DNA from: an uncultured virus (IMG/VR IMGVR_UViG_3300048865_000024)
Lineage: Duplodnaviria; Heunggongvirae; Uroviricota; Caudoviricetes
Virus record (IMG/VR): IMGVR_UViG_3300048865_000024
DNA: 33,034 nucleotides
Direction: 5' to 3' (one strand)
Shown piece by piece: positions 8,771 through 17,872 of the stretch. Both the position numbers and the translations under genes were made by a program. Each line of letters opens with the position of its first letter. Position 1 is the first letter of the stretch. The notes beneath the pieces are model-generated. The model searched no databases. It was given only the letters and a program-made list of their open reading frames with translations, and was not told the DNA's origin.

Positions 8771-9402
8771 GAAGGCAAGTACGCGGACTGCAGGATGTCT
8801 ATGGCGAAGTTCCGACGACCTCGGCGCTGGAACTCCGCGATTTCGGCGAGGCGGCTGCCGGGTTTTCGCCCGATGTAGCGGGTTCGCGCCGGCGCAATCA
8901 AGGCAATGGCACCGAGGTGGCGGCGACATACGTCGTTAGCAATACAAATCCAACGGGCTGGCCCTTTCTCGGCAACAATACGCATAGCGGCCTTTTCATT
9001 ATTCCGGATGACGGCGACCCCGAAGGAAGATTCCTCTACGATCCTTCCGGCAGCTATAGGGCGCCGGAGATTGGAAGCGGACATGCCCTTCACGGCCCGG
9101 ACGTATCCCCCGAAGATTACCTCAATTATCAACTGCGGGATGGTCCGAGCGTGACCATACGAAGATATCCCACTACTCCAGAAGAAGAAGCTGAAATAAT
9201 CAAGCGCTCCGATGACGCCGGCGGCGGAGGTGATGTAGATTGCACGTATCTTGTCAGCGGTGCGATAGAAGGGATCGGCCCATTTCGCGAGGTTCAGCAG
9301 ACCATGTGGCCGGTCGGGCTGGATAACCAGCTTCGTCGGCTTAAGAAACATGTCGGGGAAGCGAGTGATCCGGAGAGCCTGAGGCGGCTGCTTTCAAAGT
9401 GA
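8767..9402 (+). CDS. Putative polymorphic toxin: shared leader plus permuted papain-like (His...Cys) domain
   Basis: Leader MRRQVRGLQDVYGE...ALELRDF; HSGL...YDPSGSY...TTPEEE...GG...DCTYLVS...GPF pattern; GGAGG RBS. Confidence 0.7.
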   Translation: MRRQVRGLQDVYGEVPTTSALELRDFGEAAAGFSPDVAGSRRRNQGNGTEVAATYVVSNTNPTGWPFLGNNTHSGLFIIPDDGDPEGRFLYDPSGSYRAPEIGSGHALHGPDVSPEDYLNYQLRDGPSVTIRRYPTTPEEEAEIIKRSDDAGGGGDVDCTYLVSGAIEGIGPFREVQQTMWPVGLDNQLRRLKKHVGEASDPESLRRLLSK

Positions 9403-9527
9403 GGTAGGGCGGATGCCGCAGCCTTGATGATTCAACCATAGAGGGATAGTTAGGAAAATTCCATCAAAGGTAGCATAATGCGGTCATAATCCGAAGGTAA
9501 GCGAAGAAGCCAACCGGAGGATGTTCG

Positions 9528-9893
9528 ATGCTTTACGCTGCCCTCAATACGATCCGTGTTCTGTTTTGCTATGCCGTCATGTTTGCGTTCATGGATCTTG
9601 CCTATGGCAAATTCTTTCATTGGTATATGGCACCATCGTTGGCTTCTGTATGCGTCTTTTCTTTCGTTCCTCTTCCGAGGGTGCGACTTCGGCATCGCTT
9701 ACCGCTGTTGATCGCTTCTGTAATCGTGGCCAGGTCTCATCAGGCGGCGTGGCGGTGGTACTTCGAGAGCGTTTTCGACTTTCTGTTTTGGTTCGGCCCG
9801 CACAATATGGTTTTTCTGCTGGCCTACGCTTTTCTGGAGGGCGGTCTGCTGAGCGTGTTCGCGGCGGTTCGGCCGGCCGGTCGTAAGGGGTAA
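9528..9893 (+). CDS. Multi-pass membrane protein, putative immunity protein
   Basis: GGAGG RBS at 9516-9520; 3-4 hydrophobic segments; directly downstream of the toxin; lower GC than the structural genes. Confidence 0.6.
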   Translation: MLYAALNTIRVLFCYAVMFAFMDLAYGKFFHWYMAPSLASVCVFSFVPLPRVRLRHRLPLLIASVIVARSHQAAWRWYFESVFDFLFWFGPHNMVFLLAYAFLEGGLLSVFAAVRPAGRKG

Positions 9894-10373
9894 CGCTTGT
9901 AAGTATTTGCGCGGAAGTGCTTCATCCGCGGCGTCGGAGTGCCGCGCGAATTCGCCCGCATGGGGTGCGTCACTGCTGACCGCCGTAGCAGGTCAATTGC
10001 CGCTGAAATGCTGCCGAGAGCATACTTATCCAGGCGGTCGGCTTCGGCTGACGCGCGTTCGCCCCACATTCGCCTTCCCCATGCTCTTTCTCTAGAATTT
10101 TACCTGTGGCGTTGCCGGGACGATGCAGCCGGTGTGCAATTCAAAGACCGAAATCAACCATACCGTGTAGCGGGCTCTTCGCCGGCTGCCAGGGTGGACA
10201 GCGCAATAGCCGCTCAAGCCTCTTCGAATCGATAACGTTCATGTTTTTAGGTCGCCGCCTGCTGATGGGCGAACGCGCGTGTGGCCCCTCGTCCGCCTGC
10301 CGGCAGCGCAGGCGGGGCGAAGAGACACGCAGGCCCCCTCAGCTTCGGGCATTCGACGGGAGCCGGGTTTGAC

Positions 10374-10613
10374 ATGAAGACAGAAGACAGGATCGCAGCC
10401 GCCCGCGTGCTCATCGACATGCCGCTCTTTCACCTGCTGATGGACGAGCTCGAAACCGCGGCCGTCAACGGCTGCGTGAACGCCAAGCACACAGATCACG
10501 AGACCCGCGCGGCCTTTGCGGCCGAAGTGCGGGCAATCCGGAATTTCCGCGGCAAGCTCAAGTTCCTCGCCGAGGGACAAGCCAATGCCGACGGGAAGGA
10601 AGCTCCGGCATAG
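10374..10613 (+). CDS. Small head-associated protein between portal and scaffold
   Basis: 79-aa helical protein MKTEDRIAAARVLIDMPLF...; conserved position in podovirus head modules. Confidence 0.75.
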   Translation: MKTEDRIAAARVLIDMPLFHLLMDELETAAVNGCVNAKHTDHETRAAFAAEVRAIRNFRGKLKFLAEGQANADGKEAPA

Positions 10614-10645
10614 GGCCGGCGCGAAACCTTAAAGGCAAGCCAGAC

Positions 10646-11614
10646 ATGACAGACGCAACCACCAACTCGCCGTTTTCCGGCGAGAGTGATAGTGCGCGGC
10701 CCTCGCTTTCCCTCGATGACGCTTCAAGCCTCGAGTTCTCCGAGTCCGGCGGGACCGACGAAGAGGAGGAGAGCGAGCGGCTATTGACGAGCGAGACGGG
10801 TGAGACCAGCGAAGATGGTCAAGAGACCGGCCAACCCGCAGACCAGGGCGACGAGACACCCAAATCCGAAGAAAAGGGCGAGGAGTCCAACGAAACCCCG
10901 GACACCATCATTACCCTGAAAGGTGGCGAGCAGGTTCCGCTCGAGGAACTGAAGCTGGGGTATTTGCGGGAACGCGACTACCGCCACAAAACTCAGGAGC
11001 TCGGCAACAAGGGCCGAAATCTTGAGGCGATGACAACCCGCGTCGCCGACACGGCGAACGCCATCGCTCAATTCCTGATCGAACAGCTGCCGGAAGAACC
11101 GACGCAGGCTCTGGCTATCCAGAACCCGGCGGAATACGTCCGGAAGAAGGCTATCTACGACGCAGCCCTGACGCATGTGCACCGGCTCGCCGGCATGGGA
11201 CAGGAGCCTCGCAAGGTCGCCGACGAACTCAGCCGGGCCGCCACCGAGGAAACTCTCGCGGCCGAGAATTCAAAGCTGCTCGAAGCCTTTCCGCATCTCG
11301 CGAAGGACGAGGCTCGCCAGAAGTTCTTTGCCGACGCCTTCGCGGCCGGCGAGGACTTCGGCTTCTCCGCCGAGGAGATGCGGCCGGTCACCGATCACCG
11401 CTATTTCAAGGTCATGCACTACGCCATGCTCGGCCTCCGGGCCGAACAGGCGAAGAACAGGGCGCTGCAGAAGGTGGCGAACGCTCCGCCGGTGACGGCC
11501 AGAGCCAGGCCGAACGGACCGGTAAATCCGCAAGCACGAAAAAACCGGGAAGCGATGAAGAGGTTGTCGAAAACCGGGTCGATCAAAGACGCAATGGCGA
11601 TCGACTTCGAATAA
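10646..11614 (+). CDS. Capsid scaffolding protein
   Basis: Acidic disordered N-terminus, VPLEELKLGYLRERDYRHKTQEL motif, C-terminal LSKTGSIKDA; directly before the capsid gene. Confidence 0.85.
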   Translation: MTDATTNSPFSGESDSARPSLSLDDASSLEFSESGGTDEEEESERLLTSETGETSEDGQETGQPADQGDETPKSEEKGEESNETPDTIITLKGGEQVPLEELKLGYLRERDYRHKTQELGNKGRNLEAMTTRVADTANAIAQFLIEQLPEEPTQALAIQNPAEYVRKKAIYDAALTHVHRLAGMGQEPRKVADELSRAATEETLAAENSKLLEAFPHLAKDEARQKFFADAFAAGEDFGFSAEEMRPVTDHRYFKVMHYAMLGLRAEQAKNRALQKVANAPPVTARARPNGPVNPQARKNREAMKRLSKTGSIKDAMAIDFE

Positions 11615-11686
11615 CCATCCCCAAACATTTGACGCGTTTGCAGGCCGAAAACGTCCTTGCAAGCGCATTCGAAGGACCAGAAAAAC

Positions 11687-12682
11687 ATGGCTGCTCTCGC
11701 CAATACCTTCCTGACCACGGATGCCGTCGGCAACCGCGAGGAACTCTCGGACGTGGTATCCCGCATCACGCCCGAGGACACCCCGATCTATTCGCTCATC
11801 GAAAAGGGCAAGTGCGCTTCGATCCATCCCGAATGGGAGACGGACGAGCTTGCCGCTCCGGGGGCGAACATCAAGAGCGAAGGCGACGAATATTCTTTCG
11901 GCGCCATCACGCCGCCTGACCGCATGGGCAACTATACCCAGATCATGCGCAAGGACTGGATCATCTCCGGCACGCAGGAAGTCGTTTCCGAAGCCGGCAA
12001 CGTGCAGAAACGGAAGTACCAGAAGCTCAAGAAGGGCGTCGAGATACGCAAGGATGTCGAATATGCGATCGTCGACACCAACGCTTCGGTCGCCGGCGCC
12101 ACCCGCGAATTCGGCTCGCTCAACACCTGGACCGAGACCAATGTGTCGCGTGGTGCCGGCGGCGCAAACGGCGGCTTCGACAAGGCCACCGGCCTGACGG
12201 TCGCCCCGACCGACGGCACGCAGCGCGCCTTCAGCAAGGCGATACTGGACGACGTGATGCAGCAGGGCTACCAGAGCGGCGCCAATTTCCGGCACGTCTG
12301 CGTATCCCCCTATGTCAAGAGCGTGTTCGTCACCTTCATGTCGGACGCCAACGTGGCACCGTTCCGCTATGCCGTCTCCAAGGGCGGCGAACGCAACACC
12401 ATCATCGCGACGGCGGACTACTACGAAGGCCCGTTCGGCACCGTCATGATCCATCCGAACCGCGTGCAGGCAGCCAATGCGACCACGGCGCGCAACGCCT
12501 TCTTCCTCGATACCGACATGCTGGAATTCCTCTGGCTGCGGCAGATCCAGGAAGACAAGGACATTGCCCGGACCGGCGACGCCGACAAGGGTGTGATCAT
12601 CGGCGAAGGCACGCTCAAGGTGAAAAACGAAAAGGGCCTCGGCGTCGCGGCCGATCTTTTCGGCTTGAGCGAGGCAAGCTGA
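11687..12682 (+). CDS. Major capsid protein (DUF5309/SU10-like, HK97 fold)
   Basis: GNREELSDVVSRITPEDTP, HPEWETDEL, NYTQIMRK and KTGDA-like/EGTL motifs; 331 aa; GAAGGA RBS. Confidence 0.9.
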   Translation: MAALANTFLTTDAVGNREELSDVVSRITPEDTPIYSLIEKGKCASIHPEWETDELAAPGANIKSEGDEYSFGAITPPDRMGNYTQIMRKDWIISGTQEVVSEAGNVQKRKYQKLKKGVEIRKDVEYAIVDTNASVAGATREFGSLNTWTETNVSRGAGGANGGFDKATGLTVAPTDGTQRAFSKAILDDVMQQGYQSGANFRHVCVSPYVKSVFVTFMSDANVAPFRYAVSKGGERNTIIATADYYEGPFGTVMIHPNRVQAANATTARNAFFLDTDMLEFLWLRQIQEDKDIARTGDADKGVIIGEGTLKVKNEKGLGVAADLFGLSEAS

Positions 12683-12703
12683 GGGATAGACGGAGTCCCC
12701 CCG

Positions 12704-12740
12704 GCGCGTTTCAGTGCCCCATCGAGGCATTGAAGCGCGC
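12704..12740 (+). terminator. 15-bp hairpin after the capsid gene (terminator or mRNA stabiliser)
   Basis: gcgcgtttcagtgcc pairs with ggcattgaagcgcgc (2 G-U pairs); no long U tract. Confidence 0.5.
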
Positions 12741-12908
12741 TTCCGGACGAAAAACCGCTGGACACCTTTCTGGGGATCTCCCTTCAGGGGCAAGGTGCCA
12801 GCTTCAGAAGGGATCAGATCAATGGCTACCAAAGGTCGGAAACACGGCCGGACACCCTGACGCCTTACAAAGGGAAAAGGCCGAATTTCGCTCCCCACTC
12901 TTGCGAGT

Positions 12909-12923
12909 GTTCCCGAAATGTTC
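12909..12923. promoter_or_regulatory. Candidate alphaproteobacterial LexA (SOS) box
   Basis: GTTC-ccgaaat-GTTC, exact GTTC-N7-GTTC consensus, intergenic, 126 nt upstream of 13049. Confidence 0.55.
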
Positions 12924-13048
12924 TACAACGAGAACGGGTACGGAAGTCAGTATGAAGCTTTTGGTGAGTCTTCCGATGGCCGACCGGATGTCTGGTCCCG
13001 AGAGGCGGCTGGGATCTTTATGGGATTGCTCGCAGGAGAGGAAGGACC

Positions 13049-13633
13049 GTGTTTCGAAGGTATCTCAGCGCAGCGTTCGGTGTAGGCATATCGTTCTTCG
13101 CCGCGCCGGCAACGGCCGGCCCAGATGAGATTGTCGATGCGCTGCTTCGATGCAGACCGGATTTCTTCGAGGTGTTGAAGACTGAAAAATCAGCGTTCGC
13201 GCCGGCGCTGATCCGGCATCGTGAAATCCCAGTCTCCGACATCGTCACGTCCCTGGCAAACATTGCGACGTTCCAGGAGTCGATCGCATCTCGCGGAGTC
13301 GACATCCAGGTCTACCTGCAGACGGTTATCTCCGGTTCCGGCGATGCCGACCGGCGGACGCATATCTGGGGGGTCTTGGTTCCGGGGGAGCCGCAGGAGG
13401 TCATCGATACGCTGGAAGCGAACGTCCCTGGAGCGAAATTCGAGCCGTCAGCGGATGGCTGGATGCTGAAAGGGGATCAGTGGCAGCGACCAGATCCGTG
13501 GAGCCTGCTGCTCGTTCGTCGATACCAGGACAATTTCGGCGCCGGCAGCAGCATCTGGTGTTTTGCCGAAACGGCTGTTCTGGATCCCATGCAGGTCCTG
13601 CCCGACATCGAAGAGCTGCTCTGGAAGTTCTGA
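13049..13633 (+). CDS. Exported protein with Sec signal peptide; possible periplasmic immunity protein
   Basis: GAAGGA RBS, GTG start, MFRRYLSAAFGVGISFFAAPATA signal; two Cys; two decayed paralogues elsewhere in the window. Confidence 0.75.
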   Translation: MFRRYLSAAFGVGISFFAAPATAGPDEIVDALLRCRPDFFEVLKTEKSAFAPALIRHREIPVSDIVTSLANIATFQESIASRGVDIQVYLQTVISGSGDADRRTHIWGVLVPGEPQEVIDTLEANVPGAKFEPSADGWMLKGDQWQRPDPWSLLLVRRYQDNFGAGSSIWCFAETAVLDPMQVLPDIEELLWKF

Positions 13634-13934
13634 CTTCAACGCTTTGAACCTGTGCACTCCTAGCGCAAAGGCGTCACACACCTTTGCTCAAAGTGCCCTG
13701 ATCGGCTTCGGCGGGCATCAAATAAGCGGGCTTAAACTCGCCTTTTGAGGACAATACGAAGAATCGTCTTGGGACGAATGGAGCAATGATATCGGGCGCC
13801 GTTCGGGCGCCGAGCAGTTTTAGCATCGCCTTCGCCGCGACCGTTCCTTTCCGGGAACGTATCTGAAATGCGACGCAGGAGAAGAGGTCTCGGCGACCTT
13901 GGGCCGGCTCCCCCAATTCCAGGCTTTTCCAGCT

Positions 13935-14150
13935 GCGGGCATATGGATTCGCTTCGCGTTCGCGGCGCTTACAGGCAAATTCCGGCCACGGCGGCCGGAT
14001 TCCGGCCCGGTGTGAATTATGCACCTGTTCCGCTGCAGCATCCGCGAAGATCTCCCTCTTGCAGAAAACGCTGACCAAGGCCGCTGGCGCCGACAGACCC
14101 GTGATCATCGGCGAAGCACGCTTCAAGACGAGAGCGTGAAGAGACCCGCC
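13935..14150 (+). pseudogene. Collapsed major capsid ghost copy
   Basis: gccgacagacccgtgatcatcggcgaagcacgcttcaag vs capsid gccgacaagggtgtgatcatcggcgaaggcacgctcaag (12581-12619); weaker upstream matches to 12080-12370. Confidence 0.75.
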
Positions 14151-14187
14151 GGCGGGCATTCAACCCGGAAAATTCAAAGGAGCCATT

Positions 14188-15441
14188 ATGGCCGAACCGA
14201 CTTCGAAATTTCAGCCGGAAACGCTTGACTTCATCGCCCGCAACGCGCGCAAAGCCGATCGTATCGCCAAGGCGCTGGGTCTTGCACCCAACGCCATGAT
14301 GGGCGCAGTCGCCAACGAATACGATACGCGCCACAATCCGGAGCTGGGAAGCGGATTTAGTGGAGCAGCCGGGCAATGGTTTGGAGATGGATTATCTCAG
14401 TGGAACCCCTGGTATCAGAAAATTGATCATGGAAATCTGGAGGAAAGTTATTATGAGGAGAAAACCGAGGAGCGGTCTCCGGACTGGATCGACAGACATG
14501 CTCCGAAGAAGATCGCCAGCCTGATCGATAAAATTAAAGAGCCGGCCAGTGTTGATGTAGGGCCGGGCAATATCAAGCTTGGGACGGCGGTCGATCTTCT
14601 GGAAGCCTATGTCGCTCAACATCCCGATGAGGGCGACGATCCGCTGGGCCTCAAGAAATATGTCGGCCGTTACGACCGGCTGAGAGACGATCTTCTCAAC
14701 TTCGAAGACGCCGACACGACTCTGGCCTTCGCCGGGTTGATGGTTGGACGAGCGGAGCCTTTCTTCATCGCTAGAGACGAGGCATCCTGGAGCCGGCTGT
14801 CACCAGACGAGCGCGACGCGCTTCGGATCATGTACTACAAACTAGGACCGGAGACGCTCTCCAACAACATTGCCGAAAGCAAGGTGAACGCCAGAACGAA
14901 TGGCCAACGGTACGACTTCAATCCCAATGGCGATGGCGGCGAGCAGCACCTGAACAATCTCGGGGGGATCGAGAACGCGTTTCAACTCGGCCGTGTGCAG
15001 GGCGAGAACGTCATGCCGTACGTGCCGGAAGACGAACTGGAGAAGGAGCCGTATTTCGACTATGAGCTCGGACTTCCAACGCGTGTCTACCGTAAAGGGA
15101 CGACAATACTGAACCCGCAATACACATATGACCCTTATTCCACTGCCTTGAATGCGCAAGGCAAGCTTCCGCCTTATGCAGGCTTCGATTCGCCGGTGGA
15201 GCGTTTGCGGGCAGAGGGAGCGAAGCCTGAAACGGCAGGGGATGCAAGCGTTCCGAGGCTGTCGGGGGGAACGGCCGTACGGCCACCGCCACAGGATCCT
15301 GCCGGCAAGTGGAAGGGGAAGCAGCGATTTGAACCGGGTCGGAGAGGCGCAACGGACTTTCCGGATGCGCTGCGGTTCTGGGATGACGCTGTTCGTGGCC
15401 GCGCATCGCTGAAGGAAATGTTTGAAGGCTGGACCGAATGA
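14188..15441 (+). CDS. Putative effector with lysozyme-like N-terminal domain
   Basis: AAGGAG RBS; helix ending GAVANEY (candidate catalytic Glu), DVGPGNIKLGTA hairpin, later YYKLG; low-complexity C-terminus. Confidence 0.65.
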   Translation: MAEPTSKFQPETLDFIARNARKADRIAKALGLAPNAMMGAVANEYDTRHNPELGSGFSGAAGQWFGDGLSQWNPWYQKIDHGNLEESYYEEKTEERSPDWIDRHAPKKIASLIDKIKEPASVDVGPGNIKLGTAVDLLEAYVAQHPDEGDDPLGLKKYVGRYDRLRDDLLNFEDADTTLAFAGLMVGRAEPFFIARDEASWSRLSPDERDALRIMYYKLGPETLSNNIAESKVNARTNGQRYDFNPNGDGGEQHLNNLGGIENAFQLGRVQGENVMPYVPEDELEKEPYFDYELGLPTRVYRKGTTILNPQYTYDPYSTALNAQGKLPPYAGFDSPVERLRAEGAKPETAGDASVPRLSGGTAVRPPPQDPAGKWKGKQRFEPGRRGATDFPDALRFWDDAVRGRASLKEMFEGWTE

Positions 15442-15487
15442 ACGGCCGATTCAGCATTCATTCGGTGGCCTCCAGAGCCGGCGACGA

Positions 15488-16297
15488 TCAATTGTTCGAC
15501 GGGAAATCGGGAGGGAGGCTGAACGAAAACAGCGGCACGGTGCTCCAGAAGCGCGGCTTGGGCGTGCAGCGCGCCATGTCGGCGGTGAGGTGGTCGGTGG
15601 GGACGAAGCGGTACTTCGCGAACGACCAGTTATGGCTGTAGTCGTTGTCGCCTGGCAACACCAGAACCGCATGGAAGCTATGGACGATGCCGCGATCGTA
15701 GCCGGACGCCGCATAAAGCGGGAATCCGCGCATGTGCGCCACGCTTGTTCGTTCACCTGTCCGTTCGTCCAGAGCGACGCAAAAAGGCTTGCCGTCGGCG
15801 ATCAGGCTGGAACTTAAAACCACGAGTGCGGCGACCAGCAGTGACCAGAGTCCGGCGAGGCCGGCCAATCCCAGCGGCACCCAACCGAGGCACAGCCGTG
15901 CGTCCTCGGAACCGGCGGAGGAGACGAGGAAGACGGAGGATGCCAGTCCAAGCGTCAACGTCATACCGTGCGCCCAAGGAAGGAACAGCGATGGTGAACC
16001 GGACAGCGCGCCAATCACGAGCGTAAGGAGCGCGCCGGGCAGGACGATCAGTGGATAGAGAATCCATGCGAGACGCCAATGTAAGCGAATGCCGCCCAAG
16101 ACATGGGTAGCGGCCAGAACAAAAGGCAGGACCGGCAAAACGAGCAAAAAGGCGAAAACGGTCGTTAAAAACCACGCTTCGCTGTTGGAATAATCCAGTT
16201 CCAGTATGATGGCGGCGAACAGGACGGCGTCCGGATGGAATAGTCCCACGGCAATAGCCCCGGTGGCGGCTAGTAAAAGAATGTTCCTGCGTTCCAC
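15488..16297 (-). CDS. Multi-pass membrane protein with periplasmic C-terminal domain; candidate immunity protein
   Basis: About 5 TM segments then PFCV...FHAVL...NWSF; convergent with 14188-15441. Confidence 0.7.
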   Translation of the reverse strand: MERRNILLLAATGAIAVGLFHPDAVLFAAIILELDYSNSEAWFLTTVFAFLLVLPVLPFVLAATHVLGGIRLHWRLAWILYPLIVLPGALLTLVIGALSGSPSLFLPWAHGMTLTLGLASSVFLVSSAGSEDARLCLGWVPLGLAGLAGLWSLLVAALVVLSSSLIADGKPFCVALDERTGERTSVAHMRGFPLYAASGYDRGIVHSFHAVLVLPGDNDYSHNWSFAKYRFVPTDHLTADMARCTPKPRFWSTVPLFSFSLPPDFPSNN

Positions 16298-16329
16298 TGG
16301 TGCCTCGAGCTACGGCGAATCATCGCGTT

Positions 16330-16700
16330 CAGGTTGATTTCTATCTCATTTATCGGAAAAATTGTGACGGCCCGGGCGAATTCGAAAGAAACTCATCTCG
16401 TTCCTGGCGGACATTGCGACGTCCCGGGGTCGATCAATCTCGCGGAGTACACATTCAGGTCCGCCTGCAGACGGTTATCTCCGGCTCCGGCGATACCGAG
16501 CGGCGGACGCGTATCCGGGGGGTATCGGTGCGGGGGCGAGCCGCAGGAGCTCATCAAGACGCTGAAAGCAAACGTCCCGGAAGCGAAATTCGTGCCGTCC
16601 GCAGATGGCCGGATGCTGAGGGGGATCCGGTGCTTTTGCCGAAACGGGTGTTCCCATCCAAGTGCTGCCCGATATCGAAGAGCTGCTCTGGACGTTTTGA
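16330..16700 (+). pseudogene. Frameshifted paralogue of the 13049-13633 exported protein
   Basis: 16410-16700 aligns with 13260-13633 (ctgcagacggttatctccgg, gagccgcaggag, gaagagctgctctgga). Confidence 0.9.
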
Positions 16701-16738
16701 ACATTAGCCCGACGACTTGAATCAAACGGTCAACAAGC

Positions 16739-16765
16739 GGCGGGCTTCGGCTCGCTTTTTCTTTT
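16739..16765 (+). terminator. Rho-independent terminator
   Basis: GGCGGGC-TTCG-GCTCGCT followed by TTTTCTTTT. Confidence 0.8.
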
Positions 16766-16779
16766 CAGGAGAGATGAAC

Positions 16780-16956
16780 ATGGCAGAAGCCACAGAGAAG
16801 ACCACGCCGGTCAAGCTGCTTTACGACGTCTGGGCGGCCGGCGACGGACGCGTGCCGAGAGGAACGGTCCTCGACCTGCCAGTGAAGGCGGCAAAGACCC
16901 TCATCCGGCAGGGGAAGGCCGAGCGCGCCGACCCGCTGCCCGGAGACGCCGAATGA
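16780..16956 (+). CDS. Small virion-associated protein
   Basis: AGGAGAG RBS; 58 aa; ATGA-coupled to the next gene. Confidence 0.75.
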   Translation: MAEATEKTTPVKLLYDVWAAGDGRVPRGTVLDLPVKAAKTLIRQGKAERADPLPGDAE

Positions 16957-17276
16957 TCGTGCGCGATGGTTCGTGGTCCCTCTACGATTACGACCGCAAG
17001 AGCGGGCGCTCCGTCTGGCACTATTTCGACGGAGAGAAAGACGTTTTCCGCGTCGACTATCCCGTCGACAATCTCCTGAGCGAAAATGCCGAGATCCGCA
17101 ACGGCGCCGAGCGCGCCTGGAAGGGCGACTGGCACCGCGTCGCCTCGATCCCGCTGAACATCGCCTACGGTTCCGGCCTCGTGCAGGCCCACTCGGAAGG
17201 CGACGACCGTTCCGTGAAGCGGTTCCTCAACAACTCCGACAACCGCGCGTGGCGTACGAAGGAAGGCCACCTATGA
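16953..17276 (+). CDS. Conserved phage hypothetical protein
   Basis: Coupled on both sides; WHRVASIP...FLNNSDNRAWRT motif typical of genes after the capsid in such phages. Confidence 0.8.
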   Translation: MIVRDGSWSLYDYDRKSGRSVWHYFDGEKDVFRVDYPVDNLLSENAEIRNGAERAWKGDWHRVASIPLNIAYGSGLVQAHSEGDDRSVKRFLNNSDNRAWRTKEGHL

Positions 17277-17872
17277 CCATTTCGGACTATGCGTCCCTCT
17301 TGGTGGATGCCGGCGAATATGCCGGCCGCGAGGACATCGCGCACAACTTCCCGCGCTTTCTCGGCCTGGCGGAGCTGAAGCTCAACCGCGGGCTTCGCGT
17401 CGCCGACATGGAAGTGACCGATGAAATCGCGCTGATCGACGGGGAGGGCACGCTACCGGCCGATCTCCTCGAAGCGCGCGAGGTCAGGAACGCTTCGGGA
17501 ATTCCGATTCGCGCCGTATCGCTGCAGCAGCTGACGAACAGCTACGTGGACCGCAGCGGCACGCTGGCGGGCTACGCCATCGTCGGCAGCACGATCAAGG
17601 TCCGCCCGGTCTCCGACAATGAGCTGACGGTCACCTATTACGCCCGCATCCCGGCGCTCACGCCGTCGAATCCGACGAACTGGCTGCTGGAGAAGGCGGC
17701 CGACGTGTACCTCTATGCCCTGGTGACAGAAATCGCGATCTGGGAGCGCGATGCCGCCAAGGCACAGGCGGGTCAGCAGCTTTTGGCTCTCGCGCTTTCC
17801 GGGCTCACTGTCGAAGACGAGCGTACCCGCTGGGGCAATGCGAAGATGGTCGTTGGAGGGGTGACGCCATGA
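17273..17872 (+). CDS. Head-tail adaptor-like protein
   Basis: Starts at the ATGA overlap; FLGLAELKLNRGLRV, LPADLLE, YYARIPAL...NWLLEKAADVYLY. Confidence 0.8.
   Translation: MTISDYASLLVDAGEYAGREDIAHNFPRFLGLAELKLNRGLRVADMEVTDEIALIDGEGTLPADLLEAREVRNASGIPIRAVSLQQLTNSYVDRSGTLAGYAIVGSTIKVRPVSDNELTVTYYARIPALTPSNPTNWLLEKAADVYLYALVTEIAIWERDAAKAQAGQQLLALALSGLTVEDERTRWGNAKMVVGGVTP

Noticed and set aside
2730..9402. MuF-family phage toxin system
   Set aside because: Same genomic slot, but no ORF has a recognisable MuF/gp7 head-morphogenesis domain; the shared part is only about 30 aa
9894..10373. Short ORFs between cassette 3 and the head gene
   Set aside because: No convincing RBS, motif or match to other parts of the window; probably decayed DNA
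11270..12898. Long antisense ORFs (also 1336-2283, 2379-3524, 4694-6031, 17773-19722, 24915-26183, 31072-32253)
   Set aside because: Shadow frames of GC-rich genes on the other strand; Arg/Pro-rich with no recognisable motifs
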